Below are positions 26,723-39,919 of a stretch of 64,000 nucleotides of DNA, one piece after another. Numbering within the stretch: the first letter of the stretch is position 1; each line of letters opens with the position of its first letter. The notes beneath the pieces were generated by a model. It saw only the letters and a program-made list of their open reading frames with translations, did no database searches and was not told the DNA's origin. Made by a program: the position numbers and the translations under genes. The stretch comes from Negaprion brevirostris (Eukaryota), in assembly GCA_030324005.1 (NCBI GenBank), contig JARDVH010000121.1, forward strand, positions 9,546,670 to 9,610,669, given 5' to 3'.

Positions 26723-26959
26723 CAGAAAAAATGTTATTCATTACATTTATTGTGATGCTTTTTGTTTGGGTGCTGGCCGAATCATTTTTTTTTTCATGTA
26801 AGCATTGAAAACAACTGTAGCCACATAAGCCTGATTATTTGTAAATGTGGGAAATAATAAATATAATTGGCGATAGGAAGTCACATACGGTATAAGTCCA
26901 GGTAAATTCCTGTTTACTTATATTTTCAGCACTTAACTTGTCGGAGGAAAGAGTGAGGT

Positions 26960-28390
26960 TATTAGGTAAGTATGAAATAATGAGGTGACTGAAGATTGGA
27001 TGATGGCAAGTGTTGGGCCTTTGTTCAAGCAGGGCTGCATGGAAAAACCTGGGAACTACAGACCAGTGAGATTATTGGCTGCAGTCAGTATGTCGTAGAA
27101 GGTATTCCAAACTATAGGATCTACAAGCATTTACAAAGGTAAGGGCTGATTATGAACAGTCAGTAGTGGAAAATCATATCTCACAAATATGATTGAGTTT
27201 TTTGAAAGGATGAAGTTAGTGCAGTTGGTGTTGTCTAACTGGAATTTAGCAACGCCATTGCCAAGGTTATGTGTGGACGTTGTTGCATAGGGTTAATTCT
27301 CAATGGCTGCAGTTTCAGGTAGCCAACTTAATACGACATTTGTTTGATGACAATAGACAGAGGGTCGTTGTGGAGAGTTGTACTTTTTTCAAAAAATGAT
27401 GTGCCTCAGGGACTGGTGCTGGGTCCATTGTTATTTGTAATTTTTATTAATGATTTGGCTGAAAATGTGGGTGATACGTTTAATAAATTGGCTGATGACA
27501 CCGAAATTATTTCGGATTGCACAGGGATGGGTCTTGTTCAATTGCATCAGTGGGCTGACGAATGGCAGATGCATCTCAATTTTGGTACATGCGAGCTGCT
27601 GTACTTTGGTAAATCAAACCAGGGAAGGCCATACTCTGTATATGGTGCATTGTTGGGTAGAGTTGAAGGACAAAGAAGTCCATTGGTACAGATTCATAGT
27701 TCTTTGAAAGTGGAGTCACAGGTGGACAAAGTGGTAAAGGAGTCGCTCGGCATGCTTGATTTCGCTGGACAGTACATTGGGTATTGGAGTTAGGACATCT
27801 TGATGGACTTACCAACACGATATTGGTCATGGCACACTTGTGCAGTGTGTGCAGTTCTGATCACTCAATCATAAAAAATGATATTATTAAACTAATTGAG
27901 TGCAGGAAACATTCACTCACGAGGATGCGAGTGGAACTTAATGGTTTGAGTTAGAAGTAGAGGGTGAATAGATTGGGACCATTTTCCCTGGAGCGTATGA
28001 GATTTAGGGATGCTCTGATCGGGTTCTAAAAAGTAACGAGATGTATCAATCAGTCACACAATCCCCAACATTTCCCAAAGTAGGGAAGTCTAAGACTAGA
28101 AGTAATAAGTTTAAGCTATGTGAGGACGATACAAAAGTGTCCAGAGGGCCAGTGTTTTCACATAGAGGATGATGAGTGTATGGAACACTCTGCCTGATAT
28201 GGGAATCCATGCGGGTACAATTTTGTCTCAAACACACTAAGACAGTTGCAAGAGTAGGATGGTTGCCGAGGGACATGTGCCAACCACTGACAAAAAGACT
28301 AGCTTGGAGCTTGAACAAAGGGGCGGCATGGAGATATTGGGCCGAGGAGCCTGCTTCCATGCTGTACACCTTTTTGACTGTGTGACTCTA
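26960..28390 (+). mobile_element. 5'-truncated CR1 RT and 3' tail
   Basis: EDW..ASV.PLFK.G..EKPGNYRPV, VPQGLVLGPLLFVIFINDL, KLADDT and WADEWQM..N...CELLYFGKSN. The tail reads gggccgaggagcctgcttccatgctgta. Confidence 0.92.
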
Positions 28391-29299
28391 AGTCAGGCTT
28401 GAATGTCGGACGAAATCTGCAGCTGTTACATGTTGTGTTTTTTTTTGTTCAACTCTGTCGATAAATGGATGACAGCCGTTTGAATGCCTTTTTCTTCAAA
28501 ATTCCTGTTTGGACTGGCAAGTTAGTTTTAGATTGTCTGAAGCAATTGGATTTGTTTTTTTTTTCGCTCTTTGTGCGATAGTTGCATTGTTGCTACGATG
28601 ACTTCATAATTATTTAATTGAGTTTGTAATTTAAATTGCGTTAACATCTGCCACAGTGGTGTAAACGAGATTCAGACCATGCATAAGGCAAACCATAAGG
28701 CAAAATGTCACTCTTCTGCCATATCTGAATTAAGTAGTAAAGCCATTATGAAGGGCATCAAATATGTTGCATACACTCGTTTCCCTTTCTTTTGTTTTTC
28801 TGTTCATGTGCGACAAATACATCCTGGACATTGTCTACACAATATGGTATGACTTCATAACGGGCAGCCACCTGAATGGGAAGTGCCTGTCCAGTGCCCA
28901 TTACAAAGGCGTCAAATACAATTAAGCAAACACTTCGAAGAAGGCAGAAAACGTTAAACAAAATCAGAGTATATTTTTAGCCATCCGCTATTTAAAAAAA
29001 GAAAAACAAATCATACTGCTATTTGGCAAATTGAATTAGATGCGCGATTAAAGTTATTGTTTATTCTGATAATGTAAGCAACATAATATTGGTGAATGGT
29101 CCTTGGTTTGCTATGTTTGATATCTTCATTCATTTACAATGGGAAAATTCCACTGTTATTGCTACTTCCAGATTATAATTTAATATTTTGCATCAGTCTT
29201 CATTATTAGAAACAAACAAATTGTGTATTGCCCTCCATATTTTAGTGCCCGAATGAAGTTTTGAAGTATTTTGGTTTTGTCCCGTGGAAGAAGAAAGTA

Positions 29300-30093
29300 A
29301 ACACTGTGAGAGAACGGGGGCATTGATAACTTCACAGAGGTAAAACTTGAGGACGCTTGATTGCCATATTCATTTTTTCGTCTATCCTTAATTGGATCTA
29401 AATACACTTAGCTTCAGAAAATCTCCTGGCCTTGCCATGGTGCAGTGCTGTGGGAAGTCGCCAACATTTCTAAGCACAGATCGTGCCCACAGTTCACTAT
29501 TAATCTCAAATTCAACAGTTAATTCAGTAGTGTTCTCTGCTGGCTTTGGACGGGTAAAAAATCCTCAGTTTCCAAGAAATGTCAAGTCGAGAAACTACTA
29601 CTCCAACATCAGAGAGCCATTTGAACATTGCAATCTCTAAATTTAAATGTGCAGCCATCCCTCTTTCTTGAAATGATGGCACTGCAGCGCCACATTACTA
29701 CCGAAGGTACATCAGTGATGCAAGCTCTTACAGCTTCCACTTCAGATAAGATTTCGTAGTAAAGCTGGGAAGTCAAATACATTGTGTGATGCATTTGACA
29801 TTTGCAATCAAGTTTGTTATTTTATTAATCATATTCAAATATCAGCATAGTCTAATTCACAAGTAATTTGGTATTTTAGTGATATTTATTTAAAGAGATT
29901 AAACATGGTTTCTTTTTCAGAGTTGGAGTTCAACGGCTTGATTGCAAGTAATTAACTCTTGTTTCCATCACAGAATTATTGTTTTGTTGCCTTTGTATGT
30001 TTGACATTTATTGACATCAAACTCTTGAATGTTTCACTATTTTCTAACTTCCAATTACACCATTAGAGCTGAAAAATAAATGTCGCGTCGAAG
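29300..30093 (+). pseudogene. Decayed V+C Ig-superfamily exon plus a 27-nt exon and TM exon
   Basis: V: YT*(W)/FRKSPG...LSTDRAHSSLLISNSTVNSVVF. Contiguous C-like stretch: IPLS*(W)NDG...SY...GSQIHCVMH. Exons at 29921-29947 and 29974-30093 (NYCFVAFVCLT..., GTGAGT donor). Confidence 0.4.
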
Positions 30094-30269
30094 GTGAGTG
30101 TCACGGGGGAAAAAAAAAGAAAAATTAGCAACAGTCAAAATAAAATAAATGTTTGTGATCAGCGACATAAAACAAGCATATGCAAACAAACATTAAATTC
30201 ATATCATATACTGATGAATGCCGTTTTGACAGTAATCTCTTCTGTAATAATGTTAAAACATTATTGATA

Positions 30270-30720
30270 TAAACAAAATACTGCAAGTATGTGTGGGTTT
30301 CCTCCGGGTATTCCAGTTCCCTCCGCAGTCCAAAGATGTGTGGGTTAGGTTTGATTGGTCATGCTAAGAACTTGTCCATTAGTGTCCAGGGATGCACAGG
30401 TTAGAGGGATTAGTGATATAATATGGAGGAAAATAGGGGTAGGACCTGGATAGGATTGTGTTTGGTGCAGACTCGATGTATTCGTCTATGAAGTACTGGA
30501 ATATGCAAAAAGGCAGAAAGATTGTACAATATCATTAAGTCTCGCATCATCCGTGCAGAGACCATAACGACAAATGTTCACGACTCGATGACTCTTTCTT
30601 AGAACTGAGCAAAGTTTCAAATCTAGCTGACTCTACTTCGAAGCGGAGAAAGGTCATTTAGACTCGAACCTTTGGCTCATATCTTTCCCCACAGATGATA
30701 TAAGGAATGCACACCGCTGT
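30270..30720. mobile_element. Decayed Penelope-like inverted terminal-repeat element interrupted by a SINE
   Basis: aaacaaaatactgc [SINE] ...catcatccgtgcagaga...gactctttcttagaac is mirrored by gagaaaggtcatttagactcgaacc...tccccacagatgat. Confidence 0.45.
30288..30480 (+). mobile_element. 5'-truncated HE1 V-SINE
   Basis: gtgggtttcctccgggtattccagttccctccgcagtccaaagatgtgtgggttagg...ggtgcagactcgatg. Confidence 0.9.
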
Positions 30721-31858
30721 CAAAGAGACTAATGTAAGTTGACGTTAATCCAGCAAATTCTGAGACTAAACCTTTTGTACTAAACCAGAAAAGATGTTGC
30801 AAAACCTGGTGTGGACACTTTCAATGAAATTATCGCTATTTTTACAGTGTTCGTGAGGCACCTGCGAGGGCATAGTAACCGAGTGCAATTATCATGCACT
30901 TCATGTTATTGGGGCCAAAGCTAACTGCATGCAAGCACCTATGTAATCTGTTGTCAACTTATTGTTTTTGAACACGCATTTTGTCTTATTACATGGGAAG
31001 TATACTTGCCCAATTAATCATCGTCAAGATGAAACCACACGCACCCCACCCTCGAAGCCCACTTCTAAAAATGTACCAACAAGTATCAGGAGTTATTTCA
31101 TTCGACATATCACACAATGATACTTCAGAATACATCTATGACATCCTTTCTTCAGCATCACTGATAACGGTTGCATTCGCCCGACACCATTAATTTTCAT
31201 GGAACTGAATTCCTTTCCAGATCGGTTCAGATGCAAAACAATGACTATGTTGTTTGTTGTGGATCAGAAGGCTATGGGGAGGGCAGTCAAGATATGAAGT
31301 GGCACGGACGTTTCTGTATTGGTCATCACATGAATCACATGGATCTTTTGTGAAATCAGAGGTCGCTTCACTGGAGGGGCTTTACGATTAGTTTCCACGA
31401 CAGATTTGTTTCAGTTGAAATTCCATCAATCATTTCAGTGGAATTTGAAAAGACAGCCCCACTGTGCGAAGCGAAGCCTTGGTTTCCGCACTCTGTGGCA
31501 TGAATACGGAGATACTATTTCATATAATTTGATTACACTTCTAAAGAAGATGTTGAATTAATATTTAACATACGCAGCATAAAACGGATATGACCTTTTT
31601 TGATGATATATTTTCAGCAATCATTCGGAACATTCTACTATTAATTTCCAAGCAGGGAACATCAACGCCGGATGGCAAACTAATAGCAAACAACCTCTTT
31701 TTTTTCATATTCCATCTGTTTGAAACAGTGCTGTTTTGTTTAAGGCGGAGACACTTCTCATGACAATGCATTGAATAATTGCGATAAACCATTTTCACAA
31801 TTGCAGGGAAGCGACTTGCCAACGTAACTGACAAATGACCACATGCATACATGTCTCT

Positions 31859-31917
<59 letters not shown>
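31859..31917. repeat. (TATC)n microsatellite followed by a TA-rich tract to about 32045
   Basis: Directly visible. Confidence 0.97.
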
Positions 31918-33429
31918 AATATCTATTAATCTAACTATCTATCTGTATGCACCTGCTTGCATCTGTAAATGTACAGATATCCATCTGTTATATATATATA
32001 TATATAATCTATTAATTTTATGTAAATATATACATATATATATACAATACCCATCTGTTTAATTGAACAGATGGATCTGATTATTGTACAGTTAGTTAAG
32101 TGCAACGGCTCTGTACACATTAATTGTTTCAAAGCAAGTTAGTGATCAATATTCATGTAAAATACAGCATTAAAACAAAACACAACACCACTGTCGGTTA
32201 CATGCAAATTTCTCTGTCAATTAACTTATCACACGTCCAGGTTTTTCATTAAAATTGGCTATGATGCAATAATTTTTCAAGTCTTCTTTCCCACCATTTT
32301 CTTATAATTTCAAAGTTTCACTGTCCCCCTTCGGGAACTGACTAATAAACATTCAGCGATGCAGCTGCATTGGCTTCATTACGGGAATCCAGGGAAGAAC
32401 AATGTTTCACTAATCATTCGATGCCCTCTCTACTCCTGCACTTCGACTTCACGTTGAGGCAAACCAATTGGAAATCAACCTACAGAAATGGAACTTCGTA
32501 CGAGTAGTTTATTGGTTCTGCATTCTTGCTCCTATTTCTGTCGTCTAGATCTTCTTTACTTGCATTTATGTATGGATGTGCACAATGATTTGCTTGGTTA
32601 ATTGTTTGGATATCTTTATTTTCTGTTCGAACGTTTAAATATTTGTTATCTAGCTGTTCAGTGCTAAATCGGTATTTTTGAATTGTTAACGTGGATTTCA
32701 AGTTGCTTAATCTACAGCCGAGGCAAAATCATATAATTCGATCATAGTTGTATAGTCATACTTGAGTTATTCCAATTCTAGTTCGTGTTGAATTTCAATA
32801 GTTACGGAGTAGACAATTTTACCTTACTCACTAAAGGAAAAAAAATCATCAGGAGTTGTCTATACGTCCAAATTGGCCAAATAACTGTCCACATTTTATA
32901 TACTCTGAGAAGATAATTTATGTCTTAAAAATAATCAGTTCTGAAAACATTGTAATTTCGTGGAAGAATGAGACACGTTCATTTCCAGTTTTAAAACTTT
33001 TTCCCTACCCTCCACGATTTAATGAGCTCAACTCAGAATGTTAACCCTTTGGTCTGCATAAAATTGTACGAATCCAAAAGAAAAAACAGATTATTATACA
33101 CTAAACATTAACATTGAAGAACAGACCAAAAGGGACCAAATTTAGAGCTCACAATGCTCAATAGAGAAGACAACCATGCCACATCCTAAGAATCAGTCTC
33201 GCAGTTCAAACAACATATATGAGAATCAAATTATTTATAGTTCCTCAAAATCTCCCTGAAGAAGGGAGCCTGTCCTGAAATCCCCTTCACTAAGCAACTC
33301 GAACAGTGGTCGGTGTCTATGGACAGTGTATTCAATAAAAAGTTGAAAATTGTTCAGCCCAATTGTCTGCACAGTTAAAATCACACGAAGTGACACGTAA
33401 TTGTGTGCTGTGGGGAAAATTATCATTGG

Positions 33430-33860
33430 CACAGTCATTGGTATTAGGGGACTCGCTAGCTAAAAACACAAATAAGCTTTTCTGTGGCCGTGACATCGAC
33501 TTCATGATGGCGTGTTGTCTCCCTGGTGCCAGGGTCAAGGACGACTCTGAGCGGCTGCAGGACATTCTTCAAGAGAGCATCCAGAGGTCTTCGCACATAT
33601 TGTAACAACGACATAGATAGAAAAGGAATGAGATCCTGAATAGTGAATACATAGAATTAGACAGAAAACTAAACTGCAGGACCTCGGTGGTAGCATTTTT
33701 TTTTTTGCTACTGCTGATGCCACGTGCTATCGAGACAAAGAAGTGGAAGATTAGACAATGAATGTGCGGCTTCAGAGCTTGTGCATGTGGCAGGGATTTA
33801 GAATTGAGGATTATTAGGATCTCTTCTGGGGAATTAGAGACGTGTTCAAGTGGAAGAAAA
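33430..33860 (+). mobile_element. CR1 ORF1 (SGNH esterase-like) fragment
   Basis: LVLGDSL..NT.K.FCGRD....ACCLPGARVKD.SERLQDIL. Confidence 0.88.
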
Positions 33861-33959
33861 CATTTTGAACAAAAACAGAATGACAGAGGGACGCCCAACG
33901 TAAGTGAAATATCACCAGTAAGAAAAATACAACAACACAAGAACAATAACAAGAAAAAC

Positions 33960-34860
33960 CGGAGTGGGTGTTCTGGCACCCAAAGCCTGTTTCGTAAATC
34001 AGTATGAATGGTCTTAATCTCTGAATGTTCCACTTGTTTTTTTTTTATGTGTTATTTCCCCGCCGCCCTGTATTCCACGATTTAGAAGATATTTATCTAC
34101 TCCCACTGCACATAAATTGAGTGACCCTGCATTCAAAACTAATTATGGAAGAATGTTCGAGAGTTCAAGTACCGTCTGTGAGAACACATTTATGTGCACA
34201 TCAGTTCCAAAGGACTGACCCTTTATCTTCGAGCTAACACACCTTCTTTTTGGATCCTCCACTGATGAGAGACTTGACCATCTATTCTGTCAAACCCCTT
34301 CAGGAACTTACATGCCTGATTAAGGTCACACCAGTTTCCCCTAAACTGCAAGTGAAAGGATTCAGACTATTCAGTTGATTTCAACTCAGGACAGCACAAT
34401 CATTTGATGAATTAGCCACTATCACCAATATTTCTATTTCATTTTCAAGTGGACCAAAATGTGTGCTGTATTCAAGGTGTATCCTCAGCAACATCATTTT
34501 CATTTGCAACATTATCTCACAATTTTTGAATAACACCTTTGCAATAAAGGCCAACATGCGATTTGAATCCTTAACACTGCAGTTGCATAGAGTTTTCGAG
34601 CCATGGGTCTTTCCAAAATGGAAACTGGTCCTGCTGTCAAATGTATCCATTTTTAAACTATTTTTGTATTAAGGTATTCCGACGTGTCCTCGTTTCACCC
34701 ATAACCCCCTCGACCAATTCTACCTATGGAACTGACTATATGTTTCTTTTGACAGACAAAGTTGTACACACCTCTGCTGCTAACTCTGACAGCTTATTCT
34801 TGACACTCACTACCGTCTATTTGGTAAAAAAAAAACTTTAATGGACCTGCCTGCTCGATT
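33960..34860 (-). mobile_element. Decayed CR1 ORF2 C-terminus
   Basis: The minus strand reads SNRMLAFIAK...L.M..ML.R.HLEY..HF.P and continues into FSQ.V..L.N.L-like coding. Confidence 0.75.
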
Positions 34861-37439
34861 TTTGTACCTCCAACATAAGAACACGGAAGTTCACTCTGCA
34901 CATCGCAGGAATGTAATTTCACTCATTATTAAAAAAAAAACATATATTGCTACAATGAAGTTTACATTAACACTGCAATGAAGTTACTGTAAAAATGTAA
35001 ATGATATTAGTAAGAATGTAAAATAATAGGAGAGCAACAGTGTGTGGTTCCTTTAGTTTTGAGTTCAGTGATTGGATGCATTGTAAGCACGGAACCTAAG
35101 TTGCAACATTTTCTTCGGGAACCAAGCATCGGCATTGCCATGTTCACAGTATTCTTGTATTTGAATAACTTACCTTTTTTAATGCAATCAGCTAATGAGC
35201 ATCTATCAGGTTTGAATTTGTATTTGTTGGCAACATCAGGCCAATCGTCGTGTTGGAATATTGAGTTGACATTTCATATCTAAAACACAGAGCAACAGTC
35301 GTCTCAGGGGACCAGTTCTGGAGCCGAAGAAAGGGCAGAGCAACCGCAGCAGCTAACAGCAGGTGAGGGCAGTCATGGCCACTGAAACATTTAACTCATC
35401 ATTTAATCAACGAAAATTACCAAATCAGAAAATGTTTACAAACGACCTCCACAATTTTTTCTAAGCCATCACACTGGTCGTGTGTATTTTTTTTTTCTTG
35501 AAAGTGACAATGCATTTTTATTACTATTTTGTATTGATGTCCCTTGCCTTTGTTTGAACTGCATTTCAGTCAAACCACCCTCTAATTGACATTTTGGTGT
35601 TTCAATTAAAATTCCTGGTAAGTTAAATTAAATAGCTTGTTAATTAATCCAATGAAAACGAGCTTCAGTTCTTTATATTAATGAATTCTGAACGTTAATG
35701 TCGAGCAGTTTACATTTTAACAAACTTTTTTTTTACCATATTATGAAATGATAACGAAACAAATACCCCTTCCATTGAAACATAACGTTGAGAAGAAAAA
35801 AAATCTTATCAGAGAATACGCTTGAATATTTGCTACTCATTTTTTTTCCATTCCGATAATATGATGGTTGCTTTGTCATGCCATTGTTATGTTCACATGT
35901 TACATGTGATCAAGTTCAAGCCAAAAGGTTTGTGACAAAGTAGAAAGATCTTTGTAGTAATAGAGTAATTCGGAGCAGAAGACTATCTGGCACTTCGAGG
36001 CGCTCCAATCGCCATTCAGGGCGTAACTTCTCCTCATACTTTGTGCTATGCTTCTCCGTTCTGCACATGCCATTCGATGTAATAATAAAAAACAAGTCTT
36101 TGGCTTCTTTCCAGTGATATGGTCTCCAAAAATTTTATGGTGATTAATTGCAGAGGTCAATGAATGTTTGAGTGAAGAAAGTCGAGCTCATATTATACCT
36201 AAATGGTCACATGTCACGATAACAAAAATGTATCCTCNNNNNNNNNNNNNNNNNNNNNNNNNNNNNNNNNNNNNNNNNNNNNNNNNNNNNNNNNNNNNNN
36301 NNNNNNNNNNNNNNNNNNNNNNNNNNNNNNNNNNNNNNNNNNNNNNNNNNNNNNNNNNNNNNNNNNNNNNNNNNNNNNNNNNNNNNNNNNNNNNNNNNNN
36401 NNNNNNNNNNNNNNNNNNNNNNNNNNNNNNNNNNNNNNNNNNNNNNNNNNNNNNNNNNNNNNNNNNNNNNNNNNNNNNNNNNNNNNNNNNNNNNNNNNNN
36501 NNNNNNNNNNNNNNNNNNNNNNNNNNNNNNNNNNNNNNNNNNNNNNNNNNNNNNNNNNNNNNNNNNNNNNNNNNNNNNNNNNNNNNNNNNNNNNNNNNNN
36601 NNNNNNNNNNNNNNNNNNNNNNNNNNNNNNNNNNNNNNNNNNNNNNNNNNNNNNNNNNNNNNNNNNNNNNNNNNNNNNNNNNNNNNNNNNNNNNNNNNNN
36701 NNNNNNNNNNNNNNNNNNNNNNNNNNNNNNNNNNNNNNNNNNNNNNNNNNNNNNNNNNNNNNNNNNNNNNNNNNNNNNNNNNNNNNNNNNNNNNNNNNNN
36801 NNNNNNNNNNNNNNNNNNNNNNNCAGGCCCATTCAAGAAATGTATCTTAGTAGGACAGACACACAAAATTCGTCATCAGTCTCGTGAACCTCAACTTCAC
36901 TCCTCTTTTGACAAGTACATAGTTGCTTTGGTAGACCAAAATTGAACACAATACGCCAGGTATAGTCTGACAAAGGAACTACATATTTGGTGAAGTACGA
37001 TTCTAAATCGTTACTCAAATACTCTGTCATTTTATTGTTTTTTTTTGTTTCCATCTCGCGACTTTACATCATGTTATGGATGAGTTAGATGTGGTGGTAG
37101 TGCACAGTAGTTTTTACATTCTCTAGGTCCTCCGATTGAAAAAAAACATCTATTTCGCACATAAAGATGCATGTTGTGGGAACGTGCTATTAAGGTGGTA
37201 AACCATGACTTTAATACAGCAAATTGATCTTCTGTTCCAGAAAACGTCTCCAGAAAAGTGACCAAAGCAGGTAATCAGAATATGACGTTGCCTGTATTAG
37301 AGCAAATGGAACACAAAAAACAATCTGTTTATTATCAAACATTTCGAAATCTCTATCAGTATGTGTGCTATCACGTAATATGAAATTTATGAAGACTCTA
37401 GAAATAGACAGGATGATAATCTGTGTAGATTATGCAACA

Positions 37440-37930
37440 TGACACCAAAATTCCATTCACATGACATGATAATGTTCTTGTATTCTTGCCATGTTTCAAA
37501 AAATGTTTCATGATTTGCATGAAAATGCCAGTTGATGCAATCATTGATGGATGATTCCTTTGTGGGTTTTATATAATATTCAACATTCACTTTGGGATAA
37601 TCCACAAACTCTTAAGAACAAACTGGTAACCAATATCTCGAGTAATCTGTTCAGCTTTGCCAAATATATATAAAAAAAAACAATCACTTGAAGCAAAACT
37701 CTTGAAAACAACTTCTGGCCAAGTTGAATGTTCATTCGTTCTGACAAAGAACATGCAAACCTCAAACGGACCAACACAATCCGCTTGTGATGATTCCGGT
37801 CTCATTCCATGCTACATTCAAACTGTAAAGATAACCATCAGTGTTTTTTTTTCTCTCATTATTGCATCAAAAATTCACACTATCCAAAATCCAATCAAGC
37901 TGAGCATCTGCACAAGGACAGGAACAATAC
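37440..37930 (-). pseudogene. Decayed V+C Ig-superfamily exon
   Basis: PVLVQ...DSVNF*C...DGYLY...HGMRPE...G.FE...YIFGKA (J-like), then LRVCGL...ETWQE...SCEWNF, with several frameshifts. Confidence 0.3.
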
Positions 37931-38777
37931 TGATGTACTAATTGCTTCAGGTTTGCAATAAAAATTGGCCTTACAATGGCCTGGAACACTTTTATGCAGA
38001 CTCGGAGGAATGATCATTCTCATTCCCGAACTTAGACACCCATATTGCATATGGTCAACTTAAGCTTTCTTGACACACATTCCTTCCACTCAAAGTATGG
38101 ACAATCAATTGACTAGCCGCATACTTGTTGCACACGTTCTAAATCAATGGTTATCTTAACAATGTTGTTGAAATCAATATTTTTTGCCATAAATTTGTGC
38201 ATGTGTCATTCATTTCAACGTCACATCAATCACATTTCAAACCAAGGGGCCATTTCCGTTATGATTTTGTAATTCATAAGCTATGATAGGGAAATGGACT
38301 GCTCATGATAATGTTTTTTATATAAAGAAAAAAAAACTTGTTGGTGGTGTCTATCCAAAAAGTACAGTTAATCTCGTTAATTAATGACACTAGCACTACA
38401 CTCTGACTGACGATGTTTTATATCTTAGGAATGCATAAAAGATCATTGGCCTGCATTGCAATTCCCCAGCAATTAACGACATTGTGCATTTTGGCACTCC
38501 AAACATAGCATTTAACTGTTGAAGACTAGCAAGTAATGTGAAATGCAGACGAAATGAACGACTGTTCTCAATGCTTCGTGTCCTACATGGACATATATAG
38601 GTTCAGCACTTATCCAAGTACCTGGAGAAAATACTGTTGGCTGGTATTCTTCCAGATATATTAAATGATCTCCCCTATCGCATCAGGTTAAATATCATAA
38701 GAATACACTATTTGTATATTCGGATTAGTATCAACTAATATATCCAATTTTTGTGATACACATTTAGCGCATAATCG

Positions 38778-39108
38778 CTAGAATCCTACAGTGGAGAAGG
38801 AGGTCACTAGACCGATCGAATTGGCATCGAATGCAATCCGACCCAGGCTCTATCGCTGTTACCCTTGTATTTACCCTAGCTTGTGCCGCTGACAGTAAGG
38901 GACAAATTATCATCAATTTAGCATTAGTTCAACCAACCTAACACACACACATGTTTGAACTATGGGACGATACCGGAGCACCGAAGGTAGCCAACGCAGG
39001 CACAGTGAGAATGTGCATCCTCCACACAGACAGTGACACAATCCGGTAACCGAACCCAGGTTCCTTGCGCTTTGAGGCAACAGTGCTAAGCACGCTGCCG
39101 CAGTGTCA
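38778..39108 (-). mobile_element. Near full-length HE1 V-SINE
   Basis: A tRNA-derived head (reverse: gacactgcggcagcgtgcttagcactgttgcctcaaagcgcaaggaacctgggttcg), the V core, and the tail ccttctccactgtaggattctag. Confidence 0.9.
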
Positions 39109-39919
39109 AAAAATGTCAGTGTTCTATTTTAAATGTTTGATATGTTTGTATACTTTCCCGCTTTCAGTTGTCAATCTGCTAACTCTCCCAAATATAATAA
39201 ATTAATAGACATCATCAAATATGTAGTTAACATTTAAAATTAAGGTTTGGCATAATAATTTAATAATCTCAGAAATGACAGCAATTGCATCACATACATT
39301 CGTCCTCACACTTCTAAAGTAACGTCCATATTTTTAAATCTTCTATAAAGACCTTCACAGCGATCAACGGAACACAAATACTTGACTAAGCTCTAGGGAA
39401 CGTCACCCTTATACATCTTGGCACGGAGACAATGCGTTTGAGATTGTTCAAATGCTTCATCAAATTGTTCAAGCATGAAGTTACACTGGACATTATTAGT
39501 AGTATGTAAGACACAGAACGACCATTTGAAATCTGATTCGTCGATCTTTGAAGTAGAGCCAATGTCGGCGTTTATTTTTCCGCTAGAGAAATAAACCGAA
39601 ACTATGCCTGAATGTGAAATGGTGATGAGCAGTGGTAGAGATTCAGAAGTTGTATTTGTCTGTAAGTTGGCATCTAACTACCTATTTTATAACTCTTAGT
39701 GGAAATCGTTTTGGCATGTCACTTAAATGGAACTTCGATGCAAACATCATAATGGTTCACGTTAGCAAAATAAGTTGGACAATGCTTTGTGATTGTTCTT
39801 TATCTTAGAAGTGCAAAAATTGAAAAAACCTAAGGCTGGTAAGTTGCTCGATGTAAAGAATAACTCGGTCGTCTGTTCAACAGTATTATAATGTATAGTG
39901 CTTACTTATCCGTGGAAGA

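Larger units (their letters stand above)
31220..35362 (+). pseudogene. Decayed V-C-TM-cytoplasmic Ig-superfamily gene split by CR1 fragments
   Basis: V-like 31220-31520 (GRAVKI*...LYW...HGS...FHDRF...SALC); C-like about 32310-32540 (NQLEINLQKWN); open phase 1-1 TM-like exon 35069-35209 (PSIGIAMFTVFLYL); open phase 1-1 exon 35291-35362 (QQSSQGTSSGAEERAEQPQQLTA, GTGAG donor). Linking these into one gene is inferred. Confidence 0.33.

Noticed and set aside
36168-36887. ORFs of about 215-239 aa (likewise those over other N-runs)
   Set aside because: They are almost entirely X residues from assembly gaps.
38778-39108. tRNA-like A/B boxes (also at 61900-61972)
   Set aside because: These are heads of tRNA-derived SINEs, continuous with the V core, not tRNA genes.
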